From assembly GCF_036321535.1 (NCBI RefSeq), contig NC_087437.1, forward strand, positions 74,278,001 through 74,342,000: 64,000 nucleotides of DNA, read 5' to 3'. Below, piece after piece: positions 13,270-26,779 of the stretch. This DNA comes from Camelus dromedarius (Eukaryota). A model generated the notes under the pieces. The model had not been told where the DNA came from. It was given only the letters and a program-made list of their open reading frames with translations, and searched no databases. Each line of letters opens with the position of its first letter. The stretch's first letter is position 1. The position numbers and the translations under genes are program-made.

Positions 13270-13800
13270 ACGTTCTTCCAAGCAACAAACAGTTGGGTCT
13301 TCTTTTTTTATCCAGACTGACTCTCCCTTATAAATCAGGAAGTTTGGACCATTAACATGTAATGTAATTATTGACATTAGGTTTAAGTCTATCAGTGTGT
13401 GATTTGCTTTCTATTTGTTTCGTCTGTTCTTCGTTCCCTTTCACCTCTTTTCCTGTCCTTGGACTGATTGTATTTGATGATTCCACTTTCTATCCTTAGC
13501 TGGATTATTAGCTGTAACTCTTTGTGCTATTTTAGTGATTGCCTTCAGATACATAATATACATCTTTAATTTATCTTTATTAGTTTACCTTCAAGTGATA
13601 GAATGCCACTTCACATCTTTATAACAAATTTGTAACAGTATTCTACCATATCCTTGCATTAGTATCACACTTGTCACACATTTTACTTCTGTATATGGTT
13701 CAAACTCCACAGTACAGTTTTATTTGCTGTAAGCAAAAATTATCTTTTAAAAATATTCAAATAATAAGAAAAAATAACTGAGTTACCCATATGCTTATAA
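13270..13800 (-). mobile_element. Old L1 fragment spanning the inter-ORF region and start of the ORF2 endonuclease
   Basis: ORF 13180-13377(-) SIITLHVNGPN...WIKKEDPTVCCLEE resembles L1 EN N-terminus ISIITLNVNGLN...WIKKQDPTICCLQE. Confidence 0.8.
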
Positions 13801-15511
13801 TTTGATGCAAAGTAAATGGCAAAATACAAATATACATGTATATTATGTGTATATACATACTGTGTGAAGAAGACAGAGTGGTGGAATTTTGTTTCCTTTC
13901 CTCTGTTTTCAATTTGCTTTAATGAACCTATATTAATTTTATAAGGAAAGAAAAGTTAGTATAACGTTGGTTCATTCTAAGTTTATGGGAAGTATAAAAA
14001 TGTTTGGGGTATAATAAAATGTTAACTGGAAAGAGAAAGAATAAAATATATTATATGGGCAAAATGACTATTACCTTCAAAATAAAAAGCAATCCTTATG
14101 AATTTATACTATATACAAAATCAGGCAGTATCACTTTACTGAGATCCTGCAGACTGGGAAGGGATGAGGTGGAGTGGGGCACTAGACTACAGAAGTAGCA
14201 TCATCTCAAATCCTAAAGAGCCAATTACTCTTCCTGCCATAAAATATCTAAAACATTCACCTGTTCATTTATATGGAGAAAGAACACTGCCTGAAAAGAA
14301 AATAAAACGGAAACATTCAGAGAGCAATGAGGTTAGAGGGGGAGTGACAGCATTAACAGAATAGAGCAGGTGTTGCTAGGGTGCGCAGAGCATCAGACCG
14401 AGTCCTACAAAGCACAGAGGAGGAAGCACACCAGGTAACTGAATAAAGATTTTTTTGAGTACTTTGACTGTAATGTGTTCAAAGATTAAGTAACAGGTCT
14501 TAAAATATTTTGTCAAATAAAAGTGTACATCACGGCATAAATCAGCATGATGCACAAATAGTGTGAAGCGTATCAAGGAAGGTTAGTAAAATCTGGAGGA
14601 ACAGGAATCCAGAATGAAGTATAACAATGATTGCTTTCTTAGCCACAGCTCTTGAGGGATTTCCATCTGCTTCTTGGTCACGAGGAACGAAAAGTTTACA
14701 GCAAATTCTTTTACATATCTATTACAGTTTATCAAATACATTTGTACCAATGTAATCTTCATAATAGATATGCATAGAATCATTCCAGGGTCTGTGTTCA
14801 ATCATTTGCAATAGATTCTTTTGCTCTGTTTTTAAAGCCCCACATTGAAGTAGCCTTTAAAATGCAGAGAGGATTACTGGCTTGCTGGACTCCCTGGGAC
14901 TATTGCAAGCAGAGCGTTTTGCCCAGAGAAGGACAAAACAAATGAGGTCTACCCTGTATGGAATGCTACTTTAATAAGATTTATTTTTGCTCAACATAAC
15001 AAAATATTGGGAGATAGTCCAAAATGTTAATATAATTTGTTGTCGAAAGATGAGCTTTTGAGTATTTCAGCCTAATACTCACTTTTCCCCAAATATTTCT
15101 AATAGTTAACTTTGATATGAAAAATAAGCATCTTTAAAGGGTTAGTAAGGAGATTATACACAATATATTTAAACCCTCCCTTGATGTCTAGCAGTCATTC
15201 TTATGATTTTCAGTATACCTTCTCTGGAGAAGTGGTGCTTCTCTTAGAATAACTAAATTGTGCAGAATACAGTTTACAGACATCCTGTTAGGAAGCCATG
15301 ATTCTTCTGTCTTCCTCCTCAGTTATAGCTGAGACAATCCGTGTGGCAACTTGTAACCTGGCATTTGCTGTATGACAGACCATCAGTGGTCTACTAGTCC
15401 AGCTTCTTAAAACACCTTATTTTACACATAACTCTGATCCAATAGTATATTCACTGAGGTATATGAATACAGATATATATGTTAACAAAAATGATTCTTC
15501 TTAGTGCTAAA

Positions 15512-15665
15512 GTCTCTCTCTCCTCTCCTCTTCCTTTCTTTCTCTATCTCTGCTTCATCACCCCCTCTTCCTTTCTCTCCTTTTCCTCCTATCACCCTTC
15601 TTTCTCCTTCCTTTTTCTTTCCTTTCTACTTCTCACCCCCTCCCTTTCTCCTTTCTTTCCTTCTA
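15512..15665. repeat. CT-rich low-complexity tract
   Basis: Almost exclusively C/T; produces the F/S/L/P-rich ORFs 15479-15716. Confidence 0.85.
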
Positions 15666-16589
15666 TTGAAGGGGTTAGTTTTTGACTCCAGAAAGGAGAA
15701 GCTGCTGCTAGTCTGAAGAACTGGAGAAACATTATTTCACTTACTTTAAGCTATCAGTATCCCTTTAGCCTATTCCTGACTGATGAACTGTATCTACAGA
15801 CCCCAGCATCCCAGACACTCAGATCCAAGAAACCCATCTGAACTTTACCTAGCTGGCAACACAAGGTCCATAGCACCCTTTCCCTAATTGTATTGGCCAG
15901 CTGTTCTCATTGCTCAGTTGGCTGAGAAACACAAAAAGGGTGGGCAGGGATCTTGAGAGGCAGCTCCTTACTCCCCCAGCATGCTGGCTTGCAGGCAGCT
16001 CCCCTGGATCACTACCAGTTCTTAGGATCTGACACTTAGTTCAAGGGCCACTCAGAGTTCAGAAGCATTTAGGAAAGCAATGGTGGAAGCGATCGGAATA
16101 GTTTTCTTTATGGGAGCTACATCAGCTAAGAAATGCTGAAATGCCTGAAAGTGAACTGTCTTCTCATATCACTGTTGATGGGTTAACTCAGATTCTCCCA
16201 ATGCCCTGAATCTTCCAATTCATTTAACCATGAAGGTAGATTCCCCAGCTTCCTTGGTATTTTCTTTCCAAATAGAAAACCACTGTATCTTCTCAGAGCA
16301 TTTCCTCATTTGTAACAACATGCAATTAAGAGGAAGAATAATAGTACATGCCTTAGTTCTCAACAGGGGACAGATGAGAATTACTAAGAAAAAATTTCAA
16401 AACTCAGATTTCCTACACAAAGATATGCCCTGGTGAAAAGGGGAGCAGGAGAAGGGGAGAGTGTGCCTGCTGTGCACTTTGACGGAGATTCCCAAATGAC
16501 GCATGCCCTCTCCTCCCTCATTGGTTTGACGAAAAAAGACTGCACTTCTGAATTGGGAAATCTAGGTTTTAGTCAGAGCCCTGCCATTC

Positions 16590-16740
16590 TTCATTAATTT
16601 ATTCATTCAGCTAATACTGAGTGAGTATTTTCTGTCAGGCACAGGGCTAAGTTCTAAATATAGAGTGATAAAACAAAGAAGTTCACTGACCTTTTGGAGC
16701 AGAAAGTCTAGTTGACAGATATTTAGCAGATGATCATCTC
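16590..16740 (-). mobile_element. L2 3' end
   Basis: 'ttcattaatttattcattcagc...tgtcaggcacagggctaag...gaccttttggagc...gtctagttg'. Confidence 0.65.
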
Positions 16741-17157
16741 ACATTTAATTGAATTTGAGAAGTACGCAAAGGGAAAACACAGTGTGCTCTGAGAACCTTA
16801 GCTGTGAGACAGTAGAGAAGTAACCAGACCTCCGTGCCTCAGATGTGCTGTCTGCAAGATGGCAGAATCTGGACTTGACAAATGACCTTATAGGTATATG
16901 ATAAGAATACCAGACAAAATAGACGTGAGATTTACAAAATGTCATGTAGTAAATAAATATGAATGACTACTATCTGTTAGAGAGATTTAAAAAAAAAAAC
17001 ACACAGTAACCTATAATTTCCCCATTAGCTGGCAAATACATTGTGGCGGTGCCACCATCGAAGAGAAGGCAGGCACGGTATATCCAGTTACCCTCAGTAA
17101 GTCCTGCAGTGGGTGTGGAATTACTAAAGTAATCGTTACCTGATGACTAGATACAAG

Positions 17158-17651
17158 CTGTTCCAATTACCTATTTGGTCAACAAACTACCCCAAACTTT
17201 AGTGGATTAATACAGTGTATGAATTCGGGAAGGGCTGATCTGGAAAAATGTTCTGCTCCCAGAAGAATGGAGCATCAGTTGCAGTCACTCAGTAATATCC
17301 AGCTGGTGGTTGGGTTGGTCTGGGAGGTCCAAGCCTGACTCCTTTCAAAGAGACCTAGAAGACTTGGCTCTGTGGGCACCTTTCCCCTTTCATGCACTCA
17401 CACTGTTTTCAATGTTACCATGTTGGGCTTCTTATGTGTTAGGTCGGGGATACAAGAGGGAGAGTTCCAGGGAACAGAAAATAATAGCTGCCAGTGCATT
17501 AAGGCCTGAGCCTAGAAAGAAGCATTGTGCCACACCCACAATATTCTATCAGTCTAGGTTTTCAGAGAGCCTGACCAAATTCAAGCGAAATAAACCTCAC
17601 TTCTCCACGAAAAGAATGCCATCGAATGTGCAACCATTTTAATCTGCCATA
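17158..17651 (-). mobile_element. ERVL-MaLR LTR (MLT1G/H-like)
   Basis: 'aacaaactaccccaaactttagtggattaa...gggttggtctgggaggtccaag...atattctatcagtc...ccattttaatctgccata'; explains ORF 17310-17642. Confidence 0.75.
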
Positions 17652-17884
17652 GGAACACTGGTAAAAATCAGCCCTTTTCTCTGTTAGCCTCAGCCCCCAA
17701 TCATCCATCCTTGTTTCCACAATATATATAGATCAAGCAAGTTTCTTCATTTATATAATAACAGGGAGGTAAAACACAGGAAAAAATCTTTCCCCATAGA
17801 CCCCCATTTATTGTGCAAAAAAGGCAAAAAGGCCCATTGAAACATTTTGAGAGTAGGGCTGAGAAGCAGTGGGGAATGACGGTG

Positions 17885-18200
17885 CAGGTCTGTATTCCTT
17901 ATTCTTCACTGAACCCTTGGCAATGACCCCAGTTCCTGGCACATAGTAGATACCCAATAGTATCACATTAAAGAAAGGAGGGAAGGGGATTGTGGGGGCC
18001 TGATGGGCTTTGTACTCTGTTCAAAGTACTCTGGATGTTACACTGAAGGCCACAGGGATTCACCGGAGGATTTCAAGCGGGGCCAATGTGATCAGATTCC
18101 TCTGTTCTAACCATGCATCTGACAACACCCTGGGGAGAGACCTGGAGCAGACCCGGCACACAGGCACTGAACAGTTGCGGGTCTGTTACAGTAATCTTCC
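17885..18200. mobile_element. Adjacent L2 fragments (+ 3' end, then - internal piece)
   Basis: 'cagttcctggcacatagtagatacccaata' and 'ggaggatttcaagcggggccaatgtgatcagatt'. Confidence 0.55.
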
Positions 18201-18836
18201 TCTGGTGGGCTGCGAACCTTTTACAAAGATTAAGGCAGATGTAATACTCTCTATTTTACCTGAATCAGAGAACTCAAACTTGCTTCTACACTTGCCTTGA
18301 GTATGAAATTTAGACATGTGTTAAGAGTACTGGTCAGATCACAGTATATTTCTACTGATCTGCCTGGTGCTCTCCTGACTAACAAAACTCTCTCCTGATG
18401 AAGTCACAATTTGGCTTCTAAGCACGTCTTTGCTGTGAGAAGATGTGTGAAGCACTGACCAACAGAAAATGCCTTGTTTTGTAGGAACTTTTTTTTCATG
18501 TCTTTTCAGCTTCTTTTTGGATTTTGCTGTAAGCTCTGGATATCAGTAACCTCTCACACTCAAAAGTTCAATCGAAGAAAACACGAGTTTGTACATGATT
18601 CTCATCATGGCAAAATGGCATTATCCGCTTGAGGCTGTAAGACTGTAGATGAAACGGGGACTGAACATCAAGTCTCAAATGTATCTGGCTGCCAGGCAGA
18701 AAAGGGCAAGTGGTCAGTTGGATGAAATGACTTACAAGCCTCCCTTACAAAGTCAAGTATTTATCTAGAGGTGGTCAGAAAATAATCTTGACCCACCCAG
18801 TCTTACCTCTAGCTTTTCACTTGCTTGAACCACAGC

Positions 18837-18950
18837 CATTCATTCAATGAACAAATATCTCTTGAGAGCCTACTTTACTGGAGGCCCCATTCTGGGTGTG
18901 GGAAGTAAAATGCTGCTTAGATAAAGACTAGCCCTGTTTTCACTGCATCA
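18837..18950 (-). mobile_element. L2 3' end fragment
   Basis: 'cattcattcaatgaacaaatatctcttgagagcctact'. Confidence 0.65.
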
Positions 18951-20849
18951 CTTCTGGGCAATTTAGAGTTAGAGCAATCTTCTCACGGCTTGTGAAATAC
19001 AGTCTAATTAGTCCCACTCTCACACTTGTTTTGTGCCCTGATTATCAGGATAATTCTGTTGTTCAAAGATTTACCCTTAATCTATCTCTTCTATGGATCT
19101 TCCTTATTATTCTGCCTTCAAGTAATTTCTTTGCTTTATACCTGTTTCAAAAACTTTAACCCTTGGTCATACAATGTGTTACTCTCTGACTGATACGTAA
19201 CCTGAAAGTATATACAAAGACACATTAGTATAGAGATATCACAGCATAATATCCATTTGCACCACAAACAAAGATGAGTGTTTACAATGAATAATGTCTT
19301 TGAAACACCCTCAGCAGGGCTGAATTCCCACCAGTTCATATGAACTTCACAAAAGATCAACTTTAAGTGGCTGCTCCATCCTTCAGGTCAGAATCCGTTG
19401 AAGAAGTAAGACCAGATATGTCCCCCATTCAACGGGAGGATAATATTAGTGCCTGGATGTGACAAGTCACGTATTTCAACCGTGAATTTTTAAAAGTTGT
19501 CGTATAAAGAAATGAAGAAAAGAGAAGAAAAGAAATTCTACTGCTCATCATCCTCTAAAGAGTACGTGAAGCTGTCACAGAGGGGAACAATGCAATCATT
19601 CTCTGCCCTCCAGCTGAAATATTCCAGAAACAGGAGACAAAAATGTGATTTGATCCTCAATGCTATGCCTGAAAGTGTGCTGTGGATTTTATGAACAACT
19701 GGCAGTGGGGTCAAGTTTAGAACACAGTCTCAATACCTTTTCTATCATCATTACCTATAAACTGCAGAACACAAAAAAGGAAGTGAAGCCAAACAGGACA
19801 TGGAAAGCTGAGTAAATACTGAGACATTTGTAATGTAAAAATTTTTACTCCACTTCTTTCTCTCAGTTTCCCATCTACTATCTGAACACTTTCCTCACCT
19901 CCCCAAAAGACTATAAAATATTTCCTCACTATTTACAGGGTAAGATTTTCAACCTCTTTTCCTCTTATACCAAAATATCAAAGGATTTGCTGTCTTTCTA
20001 CATTGCGATGTCATATAAATACTCAAAAGGAAAAAAGAAAGCTCTGCTTTATTTTAAGTAGTGAATTCCCCTCCGTCCATTAAGAGTTGAACAGAGATTT
20101 GCTTGATAGTTCTGAAAAGGTCAGATATTATGGAGGCATACTGGATGTATACGTTTATAAAACACTCCATTTGTAATCACAAAAATTCATTTCCACAACC
20201 ATCAACCAATTCATCTGAATGTTTTGTAACCTATCCTCCATCTCTGAAAAGTACTTCAAATTACTGTTATTTCTAACTACAACTCTAGGAATTTTCACAT
20301 TATACATAACAAAAAAGCTTTTTAATATTGGCACAGATTAATAATAAGAGTTCATTTTCAATTAGAAATTAAACATAAGGATTATTTGAGACTGTTCTCA
20401 CTTTCATTAGGTATGTCAGTAATTGTAAGTGGGGATAGGTGGTAAATTAAACATAAATTGAAGTGCATGGGGTACACAGTAGTCACTTAAAATAAATGAA
20501 TGGATAATTATTATTTTTCAATAAGTTTTGATGGGAAGAAAATTGGACTAAAATTCCTTGGCAGTGTAGATCTTATCCCAAATGAATTCAAGTCAGCTTC
20601 CCTCTGTTCCTTATGAAAGAAAATGTGCCTGCCTTGAGTAGAATTTGGCCCCAAGCATGGCGATTCTTCAATTAGGCACAAAATCATCAGCAATGACTGA
20701 CCCCAGGCCACCCTAGGCAATGTGCAAAAGGGCAATGCAGGAAAAAAACCACATGAGATTGATTAAAGTTGGGGAGTAGTGTTATTTCTGGTTGCTTATC
20801 TATTTGTTATTTACTCAAGGGTGAAAAAAAAGCAAAGAAACAAATGATC

Positions 20850-23427
20850 ACCCACATCAAGTCTAGTTACCAGTTGTCACCATACAAAGATATATTCCAT
20901 AATTACTGACTATATTCCTCACATTATACATTTCATTTATTTTTGGTTTTGGTTTTGGTTTTTTGGGGGGAGGGGAGGTAATTAGTTTTTTATTTATTTA
21001 TTTATTTAAATAGAGATATTAGGGATTGAACCCAAGATCTCATGCATACTAAGCACACACTCTACCACTGAGCTATACCTCCCTGCCCTAATCCCATTTA
21101 TTTATTTTATTTTTTTAATAGATTGTTATTTTTTTAGAGCAGTTTCAGGTTTATAGAAAATTGAGCAGAAAATACAGAAGTTTTTAACCTCTTAATCTCC
21201 CTAATCTATTATTCTCCTTCCCAACATCCTCTCCCCTCTGGTAACCACTTGTTTCTTCTCTGTATCTATGACTCTGTTTCTGTTTTGTTATGTTTGTTCA
21301 TTTGTTTTGTTTTTAGATTCCACATAAAAGTAACGTCATATAGTATGTTTCTTTCTCTGTCTTACTTATTTCACTTAGCATAAGACACTCTAAGGTTGAT
21401 CCAGGTTGTCACAAATGGCAGAATTTTAATCATTTTTATGGCTGAGTAATATTCCATTGTGTATGTATCCCTAGGTATACCACATCCTCATTATCCATTC
21501 ATTTGTTAATGGACACTTAAGGTTACTTCCATATCTTGGCTAATGTAAATAATGCTGCTATGAACACCAGGTTGCATGTATCTTTTCAAATTAGTGTTTT
21601 CGCTTTCTCCAGATAAATACTCCAGAATGAAATTGTGGGATCATGTGATGATTCTCCTTTTAATTTTTTGAGGAAACTCCATACTCTTTTCCATAGTGGC
21701 TACACCAATTTACATTCCCACCAACAGTGCAAAAGAGTTCCCCCTTTCTCCACATCCTCACCAACACATGGTATTTGATGTCTTTTTAATAACAACCATT
21801 TTGACAAGTGTGTGGTGATATTTCATTGTGGTTTTGACTTGCATTTTCCTGATGATTCGTGATGTCGAGCATCTTTTCATGTGCCTGTCAGCCATCTGTA
21901 TATCTGCTTTAGAAAAATGTCCATTCAGGTCTTCTGCCCAATTTTTAACTGTGTTGTTTGTTTTTATGATGTTGAGTTGTATGAGTTCTTTTGGATATTA
22001 AGCTCTTACCAGATATATCATTTGCAAATATCTTCCCCCACTCAGTAGACAGACTTTTCACGTTGTTGATAGTTCTCTTTGCCACGTAAAAGCTTCTTAG
22101 TTTGATATAGTTCCATTTGTTTATTTTTGCTTTTGTGTCCCTTGCCTGAAGAGATATATCCAAAAAATATTGCTGAGATTGATGTCAGAGAGCATACCTC
22201 CTATGTTTTCTGTAGAAGTTTTATGGCTTCAGGTCTTACATTTAAGTCTTTAATCCATTTTGACTTTATATTTGTACATAGTGTGAGAAAGTAGTCTAGT
22301 TTGATTCTTTTGCAGGTAGCTGTCCAGTTTTCGCAGCACCATTTATTGAAGAGACTGTCTTTTACCCATTGTATATTCTTGTCTCCTTTATTGTAGATTA
22401 ATTGCCCATATTAATGTGGGTTCATTTTTGTGCTCTCCATTCTGTCCATTGATCTATGTGCCTGTTTTTGTGCAAGCATATTGTTTTGATTACTGTAGCT
22501 TTCTAGTATATTTTGAAGTCAGGGAGCTGGATACCTCCAACTTTGTTATTTTCTCAAGATTGTTTTGGTTATTCTGACTCTTTTGTGTTTCCATACAAAT
22601 TTTAGAATTATTTGTTCTAGTTCTGTGACAAATGCCCTTGGTATTTTGATAGGGATTGTGTTGAATCTGCAGACTATCTTCAGTAGTCGTATGGTCATTT
22701 TAACAATAATAATTCTTTCAATCCACAAGCACAGTATATGTTTCCATCCGCTTGTGCCATCTTTAATTTCTTACATCAATTTTGTATAATCTTTAGAACA
22801 TAGGGTTTTCACCTCCTTAATTAGATTTATTCCTAGGTATTTTACTCTTTTTCACGTGATCATAAGTGGGACTGTTTTCTTAATTTATTTCTCTTTCTGA
22901 CAGTTCAGTGTTAGTGTATAAAAATGAAAGAGATTTCTGTTTATTAATTTTGTATCCTGTATCTTTACTAAAATCATTTATGAGTTCTACTAGTCTCTGG
23001 TGGCATCATTAGGATATTTTATGTATAATATCATGTCACCTACATACAATGACAGTTTCACTTCTTCCATAACAATTTGGATTCCTTTTATTTATTTTTG
23101 CTGTCTGATTACTATTTTAAGACTTCCAATACTATGTTGAATAGAAGTGGTGAGAGTGGGCATCCTTGTCTTGTTCCTGATCTTAGAGGAAATGCTGTCA
23201 GCCTTCCACCACCACTATTATGTTAGCTGTGCACTTCTCACGTGTAGCATTTACTATGTTGAGGCATGTTCCCTCTATACTCTATTTGCTGAAAATTTTT
23301 ATCATAAATATATGTTGAATTTTGTCCAAAGCTTTTTCTCCATCTGTTGAGATGAACATACAATTTTTATTCTTCAGTTTGTTAATGTGGCATATCACAT
23401 TGATTGCTTTATGGATATTGAACTGTC
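20850..23427 (-). mobile_element. L1 (L1MA9-like) ~2.5-kb 3' portion, ORF2 disrupted, interrupted by a SINE
   Basis: 3' UTR 'aagtctagttaccagttgtcaccatacaaag'; minus ORFs 21945-22163 (KAKINKWNYIKLRSF) and 22546-22728 ([10 protein letters not shown]...[10 protein letters not shown]...[11 protein letters not shown]) are L1 ORF2 segments. Confidence 0.95.
20941..21088 (-). mobile_element. tRNA-derived SINE, vic-1-like (camelid)
   Basis: Minus strand GGTATAGCTCAGTGGTAGAG (A box)...GGGTTCAATCCC (B box)...(AAAT)n CTAATTACCTCCCC + A-rich tail. Confidence 0.9.
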
Positions 23428-23429
23428 CT

Positions 23430-23656
23430 TGCAACCCTCACCACATGGTAGGCTAAGAAATGTCATCCTCACTTCAGAGCAGCCTGTGGGGTTGGCTGAG
23501 AATTCAATAAGGCTGCCTCAGGACCATCTTCTCCCTCATCTGAATCCATCTTCCTTTTCTTGCATAGGTGTTGATCTGAAGAGCATTTCATAATAAACTT
23601 TTTCCAGGCTAACCATCACGTCAGACTCTGCTTCTTAGTTCACCAAACCTATAACA
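23430..23656 (+). mobile_element. ERVL LTR16-like 3' part
   Basis: 'ataggtgttgatctgaagagcatttcataataaacttt...tcagactctgcttc...accaaacctataaca' with AATAAA and terminal CA. Confidence 0.75.
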
Positions 23657-24009
23657 CATATCACCAGAATCTCCTCCAGTTCTATTTTTCTGGTACGGTT
23701 TAAAGTGGGTTTCCCATAAAAGATTACAGAAAAAAATGTAAATGCAGCCTAGTCCAAAAATGAAAACGAAGCCTGGAGGGAAAAACATTTTCCTGAGCAC
23801 ACGGATATGCCTGGATTCTAGTTTCATTTCCTTCATATGCGTTTTTTTCCCTAACATTCTTTAGTGGCAATATATTCAAATCATTCCACAGAAATATCCT
23901 CAAATTAAAATATGCTCACTGCTAAAAAACTTCATGTAAGAAGAAACCAAGGCCCATTTTCAATAGGAAACAGATTCACAATAACTTCAAGAACTCTGAA
24001 AACATCATG

Positions 24010-24330
24010 CCTATTCCTGTCTCCTTTGTTTTGTTCACTCTCTTCCCTTCTTCCCATTCGCCTTTACTAAAATATAGTCAATGCTACCTTTCCTTCAAAG
24101 CCCAACTAAAATATCAATTCTTTTATAAAATCTTCTTTGTCCAACTTTATCTTTTTTATCTGTAGAGTCTGTGTGTACTATTCAATTAATGCACTGAGAG
24201 CTTTTGAGTTCTATAGTTTATACCTTTGAATGTCTTATAAGTTTTTAGAGACAGGGAGTAAGTGTTGCAGATCTTTAAACCCTTCAATGGGCCCAGGACC
24301 TTGAATATCACCTACTGGACATCAAATGTA
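24010..24330 (+). mobile_element. L2 3' fragment (degraded)
   Basis: 'ctacctttccttcaaagcccaactaaaatatca...taagtttttagagacaggga'. Confidence 0.55.
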
Positions 24331-26354
24331 CATGTATATAAAAATTTCATAGTTAGAGAAATTTCCAATGAATGTCAACAATGATGATTTTCTGCTTAAT
24401 TTTCAGTGTTATTTCAAATTCTGGCCATCTTTATCTGTTACTAAATACATTCAGGAAGAAGTTGGGAGATCTTTTTTGTATTTTACGAGACACCATTTTA
24501 GACAGTAACTTCAAATAGTTTTATTTAAATTTGAAACAGTAATGTTATATATGATATTTTCATGTATTAATCAAGTATGGCAAGCTGTATTAAATACCAG
24601 TGAAGTACAATTTTGGAGATAGTTCCTAACATAATACAAAAATAATTGGGTGCTCATTGCCTGTTATGTTTTAAGAAGGACAAACACATACTTCCTGACA
24701 TTTTTCTTTCCAAATCTTAAGCAACATGCAGAATTCCTAGATCAACATATAAGTTTCAAAACTTTATAAAAAGAAAACTTAGTATCTGTGAAATTAGGTG
24801 GTTAGAAGGAAAGGGGGGGGCAGATATACATAAAACACATTAAAGTTTTATTTGTTAAGTTCCACTAGTATCTCTTTGAGTATACTTTTTGGATAGCTAA
24901 CATTGTGAATACTATTATACACACAAAACATTTTTTAATAGAGAGCAAAATATGCTTCATAAAGATGTAAACAAGGAATACCTAATAGGAAAGCTCAGCA
25001 GACAAAGCACTTCTGACGGCTGTTTTCATTAACCATATTAGAATCATAGTACCAGTATTCTGGTGCAGTAGCTAAGAGCAGACACTTCAGTGTAATATTG
25101 GGCAAGTTATTTAAGGTTCCTGACATTCAGTTTTCTACTTTGCAGAGTCCACAAAATGTGGTAGTACTTGGTGTACAATAAACACTTTAAAAATGGGGTA
25201 AGTTTTTGTAAAAAATAAATTTTATGGATTGACACTCTGAGACATTTTTCTTTTCATAGATTTAGATGTATAAATCTAATAAATGTGTCTCTCATCAGTT
25301 TGTTTGCTCAATGCTATAAGGACTACCTGCTCCTACTTGCTCACTGGAACTAATAAAGGACATGATGTTGATCTGACTAGACAGCAATGCACTTTATATG
25401 CCTAATTCCTGGAATATTGTGAGTGCAAAATAAATATTTGTTGAATTAATTAATACCGAAAGTTAAACCAGCCCTTTCTTATTTATTAGAACCACTTCAG
25501 TTTAGCCTGTAGCACACCTGGGTACTGCTTAGATTACCAGGTATCTCCAAGCTGCACCGTCCAATACTAAATACAGATGAAGGCTACAGATACAGGTAAT
25601 TTATCCATTCATTTAGGGGTTGGGAATCCTTCCCCCATTCTTTGGTAGAAAACAATTTAGACATTCTTTATGAAAGGATTACATCCACTTTTCCTTAAAA
25701 ATAGGCAATGGAGGCAATTTGTCCCAAGGCCTCTGAGAGGCTTAACTACTGGCAGTGCCAGGTACCAAAGAAGGGCAGTGGACAAGGGCTGAAAAGATAG
25801 AGTCTAATAGAAAAACTTTATACAGAACAGTTAGAACACCCCAGGTCCCCTTCTCCATGCCTTTAGCCAGAGGATTATTCCCCACATCCCCCTGCACTGG
25901 CATGACAACAGCTGCCTGTTCTCTGTAAGATTCTAGATTTCATGACAAGAGCACATTGGGGGAGCAGGTAAGTGTATAGGAATGAAAATGAGATGCAATG
26001 TCCTGCACACTGTTGGAAATTCCTCTCCTTCTCCTGCTCCTAGAAATTGTATGTAAAGATCTTCTCTCTGTATCCTGCCACAGGGAGCTGGCAAAAGAGC
26101 TTCCTGGGTGTAACTCTACAGCCTGAGAAAATAAGTCCTCATTGTGACATTTGTGGTCCCTCAATCAAAGGTTGGCTTTCTGCCTGCTCACTATAAACTT
26201 AACTAATCTACCAATTAAGAAGTCTACTCTCCCACAAAAGCACTTAGCTTCCAGTGAGCTTTTTGATGTCTCTGGAATATGAATGGACAGATCAAGATCA
26301 GCTGTTATTTAAAGAATGTTTCCAAGGAAAAAAGAGAAGCCAAAGGAATTCAAA

Positions 26355-26619
26355 ACAAGAAAGAGAGAGAGAGAGAGAGAGAAAGAGAAGAGTGAAGGAA
26401 GGAAGGAAGGAAAGAAGAAAGGAAGGAAGGAAGGGGAAAAGAAAAGAAAAGAAAAGAAAAGAAAAGAAAAGAAAAGAAAAAAGAAAGAAAGAAAGAAAAA
26501 GAAAGAAAGAAAAGAGAAAGAAAGAAGGAAGCAAGGAAGGAAAGAAGGAAGCAAGGAAGGATAAAGGAAAAGGAAGGAAGGAAGGAAGGAAGGAAGGAAG
26601 GAAGGAAGGAAGGAAGGAA

Positions 26620-26665
<46 letters not shown>

Positions 26666-26745
26666 GAAAGAAAAATAAGGAAGGAAAAAGGAAAGATGGA
26701 AGGAAGGAAGGAAAAAACTAAGTCAGAGAAAAGAAAAGAACAGAT
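26355..26745. repeat. Compound polypurine microsatellite (GA)n/(GAAAA)n/(GGAA)n/(GAAA)n
   Basis: ~390 nt almost entirely A/G; source of all K/R/E-rich and F/S/L-rich ORFs at 26254-26778. Confidence 0.97.
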
Positions 26746-26779
26746 GAAACTGTATATACTAAGTCTACTGTGAATCAAA

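Noticed and set aside
14380..14440. Possible plus-strand exon ending CAG|GTAACT
   Set aside because: No polypyrimidine tract at the upstream AG and no recognisable peptide
21015..21088. tRNA-like sequence with A and B boxes
   Set aside because: Carries a SINE tail and lacks an intact acceptor stem; it is a SINE head, not a tRNA gene
25239..25291. Imperfect hairpin (TAGATTTA/TAAATCTA inner stem)
   Set aside because: AT-rich 8-bp stem with a large asymmetric bulge; too weak for a pre-miRNA or MITE call
26254..26778. Long K/R/E-rich and F/S/L-rich ORFs (up to 155 aa)
   Set aside because: Translations of a purine microsatellite, which cannot contain stop codons
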